The translations under genes were made by a program, and so were the position numbers. Source: Bdellovibrionales bacterium (GTDB taxonomy: Bacteria; Bdellovibrionota; UBA1018; CAIMNF01). Taken from it: a DNA stretch of 64,000 nt. Shown piece after piece: positions 44,585 through 53,500 of this stretch (positions are counted from its first letter, which is position 1; each line of letters begins with the position of its first letter). The notes under the pieces are model-generated. The model was not told where the DNA came from. It ran no database searches and was given only the letters and a program-made list of their open reading frames with translations. The stretch lies in contig JBEIJY010000003.1 in assembly GCA_040380025.1 (NCBI GenBank), forward strand, positions 32,001 to 96,000, given 5' to 3'.

Positions 44585-47535
44585 AGAAGGGCTCCCGGTT
44601 CGATCGAAAAGAACAGAACCGAGGTTCCCCCGAAATCACGACGGGTTCCTTGCTGGAATTCCAGATTGAATCGCAGCGGCAGCCAATACAGGACTTCGGT
44701 ATCGAGGCTGAGTCCCGCACCGAACGAGGGGAGCACCACACTCGTGCCGCCGATGCCCTGCAGTCCGAGCGCCTCCGAGAACACGAAGCCGTGAATCTGC
44801 TTCCAGAACACCGGACGGGTGCCGCCGAGCCCTGAGAACTCGCGAATCAGGGGGAAGTGAAAATCCAGAGCGGCAATTCCGAATTGTCGCGGCAGAAGCA
44901 CCGAGGAAGGATAATCGGTGTATCCACGAAACACCGTCTGGCTCAGGGTGACGGACTCGCCGCGATCGTAGGGGTTTTCGACATCCTTGCCGACCAGATC
45001 GGTGGCGGTGAGGCCCGACTCGGGTATGCGACTCGTTCCGAACCACTGGGTTTTCGAGCGCAGGACAAAGTGGTTGCCGAGGTCGAAGTAATGCTTCCAG
45101 GATGCCAGGTATTTTGCGATCGAATACCGCCCGGGATTGAACCGGTTGTCGCCGATGAGCGAGATCTCCTCGCCCATCTCGGGCATGAACCCGAGCGGCG
45201 TGCGTCGCGCGTTCGAGAAGCGGATCGCTCCTCGCACCCCCGGAACCGAAGGATTCGAGAACTGGAAGTCCGGGACATCGACCGCCTCTCCGTTCGAGAG
45301 TTTGCGTACCTTGCTCCAGCGTTGATACGCGGTGAGCGAGGGAACGAGAGAACTCCGGACCCAGAACAAGGGGTAAGACAGGGTGAGCGCCACCTCGTGG
45401 TTTCTGCGATAGCGTTGTCCGAAAAAATCGGTGGCGATGTTTGTGGTCTCGGACCACGCGCTCAGGTCGATCTTCGGCCGGAACTCATAAATCGAGTACT
45501 CGACTCCGCCGTCGAAGGTCTTCGGAAGAAAATTGTAGCCCCCTGAAACCTGATACTGCTGCTTGCCGGTCGAGTCGAAGCCGAATGCCGAACCGGCGAT
45601 GGTGGTGCCCGATTTCGAGCCGAACGAAAGAGCGGCAATCGGCGACCACGCCCGCGGAGCCATGCTCGACCAAGGCGAGTAGTCCTTGGAATCGGACTCC
45701 TTCAGCCCGAGTGAGGGCGACTGAAGCGCCTCTTCTAGGACGGGCGGGGCTTGCGGGCTTGCCAGAACGGGTTTGAGCGTGGGCAGCACCTCGGCGGATT
45801 CGAACTTCACGATCTGGTAGCCGTCCGGGGTGAGGAGATTCGCATGGAGCTGACCGGACGGAGAAAAAAACGGGAACGCCGTGCCGGTCACGACATTGGT
45901 CACGCGCGTGCTTTTTCTGTCCCGGAGCTCGTGGATGTTCTCGATGCCGGTTTCGTTTGATACAAAAAAAATACGGTCATTTCGCGCAACCGGGTTCCGG
46001 TTCATGAACCCGTTCTGCAAAAGAATCCGCGATTCTCCCGTGGATACATCGACCGATTGCACGACCGATTCTCCCGTGCCGAGCTCCTGATTCGAAAACA
46101 GAAGGACTCGATCATTCTGGAACTGCGGAGCCGAGAGGATCGAGAAGGGCTTCGACACCAGCACCGGATGAATCTCCGACAAGGCCGGGCCTTCTTTGCC
46201 GAGGGCAAGCGCCGCGGACTCGATCCGAACGGTACCTCGCTGGACCGAGAGCCATGCGAGTTGTTTTCCGTCGGGAGAAATCGCAGGGTCCTTCGCCCGG
46301 CGGGCCTCGGTGAGCTGGATCGTCCGGTCTTCTTGCAGGTCGTAGGCGAAGAGGTCGGAATACAGCTGATACGAGTTCTCGCGCACAAGCGCGCTGTAGA
46401 TCACATAGCGAGAATCGGGGGTGAAGGCGAGGCCGGCTCCGAGAACCTTCTCGTCGAGGCGCCTTTTCTTTCCTGTGGCAAGCTCCACCGCAATCAGACG
46501 GGCGCGATCATGAAGGGAGGTCTCGGAATAGGCGAGCCACCTGCCATCGGGCGAGAACACTCCGCCGAGCGCCTGAAAGTCGCTTCGGGCGACGACCTCA
46601 TGCCCGGTCTCGCCTTCCGCCCGCACGCGTTCGATCTCTTCTCCGAGGCGTTCTTTCGCCTCCATCGCAAAGGAGTTCCAGTACACGCTCCAGTTCTTGT
46701 GCATCACATTGTCGAGATTTCCCTCGATGAAATAAGGGACACGGGCCGAGGAGCGCATCGAGAGTTCTCCCATCGCGTCCTCGGGGTTCGCATGAGTGGC
46801 CCGATCGCGCGAGAACTGCTCCCAAAGGTGATACCCGAAAAGGTACGGGACTTCCCCGCCCGGAAACCACGGGTAATCGCCATTTACGCGATCAAGCGTG
46901 ATGGAACGGGGGGCTCCGGTCTGGAGTCGATTCCCGGCGACCATCGCTCGAAGAATCCCCTCGTAGTAGGGACTCCGTCCGCGTCCGAGGCGGGAGGTCC
47001 GGGTCTCGAAATACACCGCGAGTCCTTCGAGCATCCAAGGCGGCAGGAGCCCGTTCGGTCGTACGGCATCGCCGAACACGATGCGAAGCCCCTCCATCCA
47101 TTCTGTGGTGGGGTCGATGTTCAAAAAATGCACATATTCATGGAACACGAGGAGCTTGATCCAGTCCTCGGCGTACGAGGTCGAAAACCACGTTTCAGGC
47201 GGCGTTGCGATCAGCACCATTCCCACCCGGAACAGCGGCATGGCAAAGCCGTTTGCCGCATCCATGTTGTCGGCGATCAGCACCGTGGTTTTTTGGCGTG
47301 GGGTCCAGCGCAGCACCGGCTGGAGGATCGAATGGGCGTGCTCGAAGTGGTTCGCGGCATTTTCGGTGAATTCAAAATAGCCATCGGCATAGACGAAGCG
47401 AAAGTTCTTCGTTTCGAAGGTTTTGTAGGCGGTCTCGGGCGAGAGGCCCGCGACCTCGAGGTACGAAACCGGTGGCGGCGTCGCGCACCCGCCGAGAAAG
47501 AGCAGACTTGCCAGAAGCGTCTTCGCGAGCCGCAT
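44581..47535 (-). CDS. Lipoprotein: zincin-like domain + TolB/PD40 propeller + Omp85-like C-terminal barrel region
   Basis: Lipobox LGGC; HEYVH...EGLA; repeated FSPDG/SPDGK; FRGY and SFGAGL..RFNL near the C-terminus. Confidence 0.75.
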   Translation of the reverse strand: MRLAKTLLASLLFLGGCATPPPVSYLEVAGLSPETAYKTFETKNFRFVYADGYFEFTENAANHFEHAHSILQPVLRWTPRQKTTVLIADNMDAANGFAMPLFRVGMVLIATPPETWFSTSYAEDWIKLLVFHEYVHFLNIDPTTEWMEGLRIVFGDAVRPNGLLPPWMLEGLAVYFETRTSRLGRGRSPYYEGILRAMVAGNRLQTGAPRSITLDRVNGDYPWFPGGEVPYLFGYHLWEQFSRDRATHANPEDAMGELSMRSSARVPYFIEGNLDNVMHKNWSVYWNSFAMEAKERLGEEIERVRAEGETGHEVVARSDFQALGGVFSPDGRWLAYSETSLHDRARLIAVELATGKKRRLDEKVLGAGLAFTPDSRYVIYSALVRENSYQLYSDLFAYDLQEDRTIQLTEARRAKDPAISPDGKQLAWLSVQRGTVRIESAALALGKEGPALSEIHPVLVSKPFSILSAPQFQNDRVLLFSNQELGTGESVVQSVDVSTGESRILLQNGFMNRNPVARNDRIFFVSNETGIENIHELRDRKSTRVTNVVTGTAFPFFSPSGQLHANLLTPDGYQIVKFESAEVLPTLKPVLASPQAPPVLEEALQSPSLGLKESDSKDYSPWSSMAPRAWSPIAALSFGSKSGTTIAGSAFGFDSTGKQQYQVSGGYNFLPKTFDGGVEYSIYEFRPKIDLSAWSETTNIATDFFGQRYRRNHEVALTLSYPLFWVRSSLVPSLTAYQRWSKVRKLSNGEAVDVPDFQFSNPSVPGVRGAIRFSNARRTPLGFMPEMGEEISLIGDNRFNPGRYSIAKYLASWKHYFDLGNHFVLRSKTQWFGTSRIPESGLTATDLVGKDVENPYDRGESVTLSQTVFRGYTDYPSSVLLPRQFGIAALDFHFPLIREFSGLGGTRPVFWKQIHGFVFSEALGLQGIGGTSVVLPSFGAGLSLDTEVLYWLPLRFNLEFQQGTRRDFGGTSVLFFSIEPGALL

Positions 47536-47537
47536 CC

Positions 47538-48191
47538 TCACGGGGCCGCCCGGATCAGCTTCCACTCGCAGTCAGCCGAGCGAAAGCGGGTTCCGGGCCT
47601 CAGGTGCGTGCGGCGGATCACCGCCAATGCCTGAGCGCCCGATCGGGACGTGAGCACGCCGACCTCTTGCGACTCGGCAGAAAAAACCGGACAGGGCAGA
47701 GTCCCGGCAAACGATTTGTCGGTGCGCAGAAGGCAGAGTTTGCGGGCGGGAGATCCTAGCGAGATGATTTTCTCGATCACCTCCTGCCCCGGATAACAGC
47801 CCTTCTGGTCGGCAATCGCAGAGCGCAGATTCACCTCGAGAGGATTGGTTCTGCCATCCGCATGGAACTCGAATCCTTCGCGCGGGGTGAGTGCAAGAAT
47901 GCGCGCTTCCTCGTTTTCGGCTTTTTCTTCGCCCGCAGGGAGCGGTGTCAATTCGTAGCGCTCATCGAAGGTGTAGTGATCCATGAGCGAAAGAAAGGCC
48001 TCTTGGAAGGCGATCTCGGCGGAATCGCCGTCCGTTCGCGTGATCTCGAAGAAACAGAGGATTTTTCCCTCCGGATTCAAAATGAGGCCCGGAGCGGGGA
48101 CTCCTGTGGCAAGAGCATGGATGTCGACTGAACTGATTCGATGGAGGAGATCCAGGCCGGCCCGGCCTTTCAGCAAAACCCTTTGTCTCAT
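47538..48191 (-). CDS. ygfZ: YgfZ/GcvT family folate-binding protein (short form)
   Basis: Signature KGCYPGQE. Confidence 0.85.
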   Translation of the reverse strand: MRQRVLLKGRAGLDLLHRISSVDIHALATGVPAPGLILNPEGKILCFFEITRTDGDSAEIAFQEAFLSLMDHYTFDERYELTPLPAGEEKAENEEARILALTPREGFEFHADGRTNPLEVNLRSAIADQKGCYPGQEVIEKIISLGSPARKLCLLRTDKSFAGTLPCPVFSAESQEVGVLTSRSGAQALAVIRRTHLRPGTRFRSADCEWKLIRAAP

Positions 48192-48222
48192 GATGAGGGG
48201 TAGAGTACATTACTTCCCTGCT

Positions 48223-49221
48223 ATGAAATACCCAAAATCTCAGTTCTCCAAAGGGATTCGCGATCAGGACCGGATCTCCAGCCCGTTCCTCGTCAAATAC
48301 AGCGCGGTTGCGACCGGAAAGACCGGCAAACCCTACATGAACGTGGTTTTGACCGACAAAACGGGCGATGTCGAGGCGCGCATCTTCGACCAAGTGCCCC
48401 GGTATTCCTCGCAGGCCGTGAAGGACACCTTCGTGCAAGTCGAGGGTGTGGCCCAGACCTTCAACGGACGGATCCAGATTCACATCAAAGATCTCACCGT
48501 GCTCCGCGAAGACGAGGTTCAGGTCGAGGAATATCTTGCGGAGTCTTTTTTGAATGCCGACAAGCTGTATGAAGAGGTGAAGGCGATCCTCGCTTCGATG
48601 AAGGATCCGTATTACCGCGCGCTCCTCGAGTCGATCTTCATCGATGATGCCGACATCGTCGCGCGGGTGAAGCGCGCTCCCGCAGCAAAGAGTTTTCATC
48701 ATGCGTATCCGGTCGGATTGCTCGAACACGTGGTCTCGATCGCAAAAATCCTCGAATTTCTCGCGGCCCACTATGGTCCGCAGGTCGATCGCGATCTCTT
48801 GTTCGTGGGGGGATTCTTGCACGATCTCGCGAAGATCTGGGAGCTTCAGTACGACAAGGTCGTCGATTACACCATGGAGGGGCGTCTGCTCGGCCATCTC
48901 GTCATGGGTTCCGAGCTGATCGAAAAGAAGGTGCAACAGCTCGAAGCCGAAGAAGGGCGCTTGCCCGGTCCGTTCCCGGTCGAAAAGAAGCTTCTCGCGA
49001 AACACATGGTCGTCGCCCACCATGGCAAGCTCGAGTTCGGATCGCCGAAGGAGCCGGCTTGTCTGGAGGCGCTTCTGGTGCACATGATCGACGACCTCGA
49101 TTCGAAAGTGAATTCCATCCGGACCTTCATCGAGCAGGATTCCGCGCCGGGCTCGTGGACCCTGCTGCACCGGCAATATGAGCGCTATTTTTACAAGCCT
49201 GAGTGGGCGCGGAAATCATGA
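48223..49221 (+). CDS. yhaM: YhaM-like 3'-5' exoribonuclease (OB fold + HD)
   Basis: N-terminal OB fold (DKTG.VEARIF), HHAY..GLLEH, LHDLAK, HHG and IDDLD. Confidence 0.88.
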   Translation: MKYPKSQFSKGIRDQDRISSPFLVKYSAVATGKTGKPYMNVVLTDKTGDVEARIFDQVPRYSSQAVKDTFVQVEGVAQTFNGRIQIHIKDLTVLREDEVQVEEYLAESFLNADKLYEEVKAILASMKDPYYRALLESIFIDDADIVARVKRAPAAKSFHHAYPVGLLEHVVSIAKILEFLAAHYGPQVDRDLLFVGGFLHDLAKIWELQYDKVVDYTMEGRLLGHLVMGSELIEKKVQQLEAEEGRLPGPFPVEKKLLAKHMVVAHHGKLEFGSPKEPACLEALLVHMIDDLDSKVNSIRTFIEQDSAPGSWTLLHRQYERYFYKPEWARKS

Positions 49222-49910
49222 TCGAACCCGCTCTGGAGCGGAATCCCGTGTTGAGGGCGATCTGCGACCGGGTGAGGCGAATTCCTCCGGTTGATGCGGG
49301 CCATGACTTCGGGCATGTGCTTCGGGTGGCAAATCAGGCCGTCGCGATTTTGAGCTTTGAGACCCTCGAAGCCGAATCCAGGCCCGCTACTGCGGCCGAG
49401 ATCGACGCCGTGCTTGCGGCGGCCCTTCTTCATGATTGTGTGCCGGTTCCCAAAAACTCCCCGCTCCGAAAAGAAAGCGCCCGCCTTTGCAGCGAAAAAG
49501 CCCGCGAATGGCTCTTGGAGCTGGGCTGGACACCCGCAGAATGGATCGATCCCATCGCACAGGCGATTTTGGACCACAGCTACTCCGCGGGACGGACTCC
49601 AGAAACCCCGATCGGAAAAGCCCTGCAAGATGCCGACCGCCTGGAGGCTTTGGGGGCGCTCGGTCTTTATCGCACGATCGCTACCGGTGTTTCGATGGGG
49701 GCGCTGTTGTTTGATCCCGAGGATCCCTGGTCGGAGCGACGCGAGCTCGACGACCGGCGGTTCACGGTGGATCATTTTTTCACCAAGCTGTTGAAGCTTC
49801 CCGCGACCTTCCAGACCCGCGCCGCGCGGGAAGAGGCCGAAAAACGCGCCCAGTTTCTTCGGGAGTTCCTCTCGGAACTCCGCCGGGAGCTCCTAAATTG
49901 CCCCCTTTGA
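49218..49910 (+). CDS. HD-domain phosphohydrolase (YedJ-like)
   Basis: GHDFGHVLRV, LLHD, QDADRLEALGA and DHFFTKLLKL. Confidence 0.88.
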   Translation: MIEPALERNPVLRAICDRVRRIPPVDAGHDFGHVLRVANQAVAILSFETLEAESRPATAAEIDAVLAAALLHDCVPVPKNSPLRKESARLCSEKAREWLLELGWTPAEWIDPIAQAILDHSYSAGRTPETPIGKALQDADRLEALGALGLYRTIATGVSMGALLFDPEDPWSERRELDDRRFTVDHFFTKLLKLPATFQTRAAREEAEKRAQFLREFLSELRRELLNCPL

Positions 49911-49924
49911 TTGCACCTGATGAA

Positions 49925-50065
49925 GGAACAGGATGGGGAGAGGGGGCCGGAATGATTCGATTTTTGCCGACTCTCGCGAGCGCGTGACGCGCGAAAGCGA
50001 GGCCGCACGACGCGGCTCGGAGGTAAAAACCGAATCATTCCGGCCTCCTCTCCCCGTCCCGTTCC
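49925..50065. repeat. Intergenic 44-bp inverted repeat with a structured 53-nt spacer
   Basis: 49925-49968 matches the reverse complement of 50022-50065 at 39/44 positions. Confidence 0.85.
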
Positions 50066-50230
50066 CGAAAAAAGAGCACTCATTGGGTACAGTTCGGGAG
50101 CTCCCGCCGAGAGTTCAAACACTCTTTACGATGCCTCAAGCCCAGATCAAATTTACGAACGGTCGGTAATTTTTCTTCAGCGCACTGCGCGAATCGTCTA
50201 TAAGTGCGCGCTAAGGATTTACCCGCATCA

Positions 50231-52375
50231 ATGATCAACACCCTTTTTTTTGAGCAAAAACTCAACACCGAATGCCGTCCGGTCCGCGACCGGTTCTTTT
50301 TGGAAGTCCACTGGACCACCTTCCGGGTTGTCCTGGCCTATGCCGCATTGAACGCGGCAGGGCAGGCGTGGTTCACCTTTGCATCCCTGCTCCTCGGAAT
50401 CCTCGTCCTGACTCCGCTCACGCTTGCTTTGTATCGACGCGGGCTCACGAGGCTCGCGCGCATGAGCTTCGTGCTCGGCTTTTGCTACTATGTCTTTGCC
50501 GCTTCGTTCGGTCATGGCCATCAAGGGTCATTCGATTACTACTGTTTGCCCGGAGTGGTGGTGGCGTTTGTGTTGTTCGAACCCGGTCGTTGGCGGTGGC
50601 TCGTGCCGGGAATTTTGCTTCCGGTTCTGACTTGGCTTGCGATTCATCAACGGTATGTTCCCGTTTTTTTGGGGGGAGGCGATGTCATCCGGCCCGGAGA
50701 CGCCGATTTCGAGTTGATCAATTTTTTTGGTGCGTATCTGATGCTGGCGATCTTTGTGTACAACCTGATCCAGGCGAACCTGAGGCGCCATCGCGATCTT
50801 CGTCGTGCGAAGGGACGGATCGAGAAGTTCTTCACGCTCTCGCCGGATCTCATGTGCATTCTCGACTCGCAATCGCGGCTGATCCGGGTGAATCCGAGCT
50901 TCAGGACGATTCTGGGCTATGATGCGGGCGAGACGATCGGAAGAAAAGCGAGCGATCTCGTGCATCCCGAGGATGCGGGAGATCTGCAGGCCGAGATGGA
51001 ACGGCTTTCGAGCGGGTACCGCGAATGCCGGATCCGCGCGCGGTTCCGCCACAAGAGCGGGGAGTACCGGACCCTGAGTTGGACGGCGCATGTGAACCCG
51101 GGCGAGCGCGAAGTGTTCGCCACAGGACGGGACATCACCCCGCTCATCCGGCACGAGCAGGAAATCCGCGAGCGGAAGCAGTTCCTCGAGGCCATTCTGG
51201 AACATCTTCCTCTTACGGTCATGGTCAAGGACTGTCGAGATGGCTTTCGCTTCAACCTCATGAACCGCGCAGGAGAATCACTGCTCGGGATGCCGGCGGG
51301 GAAGGTCATCGGAAAAACCCTGTTCGATCTCGCTCCGGCCGAGACAGCAGCCCATCATCGAGCGATCGACGAGCGGGTTCTCAGCGAAAAGAAGGAGTTC
51401 CGCGTCGAACGCGAGGATTTCACTCTTCCCGGAGGCACGAAGAAAAGCATCTCGATCAGCAAGGTGCCCACCTTCGACGAGAATGGCGATCCGCACCTGA
51501 TCATCACCATCGTGAACGACATTACGGGAGAAATCGCCATGCAGGACGCGCTCGACCGCGAGCGCACGAAGAGCATCCAGAGCGCGAAGATGGCCACTCT
51601 GGGCGAGATGTCGGCCGGGATCGCGCACGAGATCAACAACCCTCTTGCGATCCTCTCGGGCGCGGTGCAGACGCTGGCGCGGTACCTCGATGATCCCGAA
51701 AAAATCGAATCCAGGCTCTTTGCCATGAAGACCGCGATCGACCGGATCAGCCGGATCGTCTCCGGGCTCCGCAAGTTCTCTCGAAGCGCCGATCACTCGC
51801 GAAAGGAAATTCACGATTTGCGCAAGATTCTGCGCGAGGTGCTGATTCTCGTGCAGAACCGCTCTGCGGAGTTCGCGGTGCCGGTCACGATCGAGGCCGC
51901 GACCGATGCCTTCGTTTCGTGCAACGAAATCGAGATGCAGCAGATCTTCATCAATCTCATCAATAACGGAATTGATGCCGTCCGCGACCGCGACGAGCGC
52001 TGGGTGCGGATCCGTCTCTTCCGCAAGAAGGGACGCGTGGTGGTGCAGATCCGCGACTCCGGAAATGGAATCGATCCGGCCTGTGCCGAAAAGCTTTTTC
52101 AGCCCTTCTTCACCACCAAGCCCGTGGGAGAGGGCACCGGGCTCGGGCTCTCGATCGTGAAAGGGATTCTCGACGAGCACCATGCCTCGATCGAGCTCCT
52201 CGAAAACGACCGGAACACCTGTTTTGAGCTCGTGTTCGAAGAGGCCGAAGCCGCTCGGCGCGGACGACGGGTTCCTACTCGAGTTCTCCGAGGTTCCGAA
52301 ATGCCGCAGATCGTGCGAAGTCCCCGGGAGAAAGTCCGGGCATTCCATCCGGCGGGGTACCGCGGAAGTGCCTGA
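50231..52375 (+). CDS. Membrane-bound sensor histidine kinase with two PAS domains
   Basis: N-terminal TMs, PAS motifs (VHPED), HEINNPL, NLINNG, DSGNG, FFTTK and GTGLGL. Confidence 0.93.
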   Translation: MINTLFFEQKLNTECRPVRDRFFLEVHWTTFRVVLAYAALNAAGQAWFTFASLLLGILVLTPLTLALYRRGLTRLARMSFVLGFCYYVFAASFGHGHQGSFDYYCLPGVVVAFVLFEPGRWRWLVPGILLPVLTWLAIHQRYVPVFLGGGDVIRPGDADFELINFFGAYLMLAIFVYNLIQANLRRHRDLRRAKGRIEKFFTLSPDLMCILDSQSRLIRVNPSFRTILGYDAGETIGRKASDLVHPEDAGDLQAEMERLSSGYRECRIRARFRHKSGEYRTLSWTAHVNPGEREVFATGRDITPLIRHEQEIRERKQFLEAILEHLPLTVMVKDCRDGFRFNLMNRAGESLLGMPAGKVIGKTLFDLAPAETAAHHRAIDERVLSEKKEFRVEREDFTLPGGTKKSISISKVPTFDENGDPHLIITIVNDITGEIAMQDALDRERTKSIQSAKMATLGEMSAGIAHEINNPLAILSGAVQTLARYLDDPEKIESRLFAMKTAIDRISRIVSGLRKFSRSADHSRKEIHDLRKILREVLILVQNRSAEFAVPVTIEAATDAFVSCNEIEMQQIFINLINNGIDAVRDRDERWVRIRLFRKKGRVVVQIRDSGNGIDPACAEKLFQPFFTTKPVGEGTGLGLSIVKGILDEHHASIELLENDRNTCFELVFEEAEAARRGRRVPTRVLRGSEMPQIVRSPREKVRAFHPAGYRGSA

Positions 52376-52931
52376 TCCATTCTTCGCGACGGACCCGGAA
52401 GTGCATGGGCTTCGGGGAAACCGGAACCGGCAGAAACGGATTCAGGAATTTTGCGACAAACTCGGAGCAATACAGCTTTTCGCCGGAGCCGTCGAAGTTG
52501 TCCCAGAGGTAATCGGAGTCATAGCTCAGGCCCTCGAATGAGGATCGAAAGGATCGGGAGAGTGCCCCCGGATCGAGGTTCAGATCACCGGAGTCGCTGG
52601 CACGGGGTCGCAGGATCACCGGTCGGCTTCCGCGCCGGGCGAGCTTCAAGAAGGCATCGAGCGGAGTGCTTGCGACTTTGCGGAAGGAATCCAGAACGCG
52701 GATTCCGGCAGGATCCTCGAGAATCACGCCGATGTGGGAGTAAGGGGAGTCGTCCTCGTCTTCGATGAGGGCGCAGAGGCGGCACGGAAGCGAGATCAGG
52801 ATCACATCACCCGAGCGCAGGTCCGATCGGGGGATGGCTTGGGCCCCGGGTGCGAGAAGTGCCAGAAGCAGACCGATCAGGAGGGGGAAACTGCGGGAAC
52901 GGGGGCTTTTGTGGGATTCAACCGGATTCAT
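52275..52931 (-). CDS. YiiX/YebB-like permuted papain-like amidase (exported)
   Basis: GDVIL, YSHIG, YD and LYCSEFV (His before Cys); signal peptide. Confidence 0.85.
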   Translation of the reverse strand: MNPVESHKSPRSRSFPLLIGLLLALLAPGAQAIPRSDLRSGDVILISLPCRLCALIEDEDDSPYSHIGVILEDPAGIRVLDSFRKVASTPLDAFLKLARRGSRPVILRPRASDSGDLNLDPGALSRSFRSSFEGLSYDSDYLWDNFDGSGEKLYCSEFVAKFLNPFLPVPVSPKPMHFRVRREEWIRHFRGTPPDGMPGLSPGDFARSAAFRNLGELE

Positions 52932-52998
52932 TTTCTCTCCTACAGTTGACTTTATTGCACAGATTTTGTATAAAACCCCGATTCTGGAAAGGAACCGT

Positions 52999-53496
52999 AT
53001 GCCTTCATTCGATATTACCTCGGACGTCGATTGGCAAGAAGTCGACAACGCTGTGAACACATCCCTGAAAGAACTCGCCACGCGCTTTGACTTCAAAGGC
53101 GTGAAGAGCGAGATCGCCTTCGACCGCAAGGCGAAGACCATCACGCTCATCTGCTCCGAAGAGGGCAAGCTCGACAACCTGAAGGACATCGTCCAGACCA
53201 AGCTGATCAAGCGCGGGATTTCGCTGTTGTCCCTCGAGTACAAGCCGGTCGAGGCCGCCTTCGGGGGCTCTGTGCGCCAGGTGATCAATGTCACGGCCGG
53301 GATCTCGAAAGACAAGGGCAAGGAAGTGATCGCGCACATCAAGGATTCGAAGATCAAGGTCCAGGGCCAGATCCAGGACGAGAAAGTCCGGGTCACCGGC
53401 AAGAACCGCGATGATCTGCAAGAGTGCATCACCCTGCTTCGCGGAAGCCAGGACAAGTTGAAGCTCCCCATGCAGTTCGGAAATTTCAGGGATTAG
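52999..53496 (+). CDS. yajQ: YajQ family nucleotide/c-di-GMP-binding protein
   Basis: MPSFDI, RFDFKG and RVTGKNRDDLQ, ending NFRD. Confidence 0.96.
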   Translation: MPSFDITSDVDWQEVDNAVNTSLKELATRFDFKGVKSEIAFDRKAKTITLICSEEGKLDNLKDIVQTKLIKRGISLLSLEYKPVEAAFGGSVRQVINVTAGISKDKGKEVIAHIKDSKIKVQGQIQDEKVRVTGKNRDDLQECITLLRGSQDKLKLPMQFGNFRD

Positions 53497-53500
53497 TTTT

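Noticed and set aside
42346..47634. Plus-strand ORFs 42346-44136 and 46057-47634
   Set aside because: They lie antisense to clearly identifiable minus-strand genes.
49917..50075. Hammerhead ribozyme (CTGATGA just before the long stem and GAAA just after)
   Set aside because: The stem II closing pair would be A-C, and I could not form convincing stems I and III with a UH cleavage site. An Infernal search would settle it.
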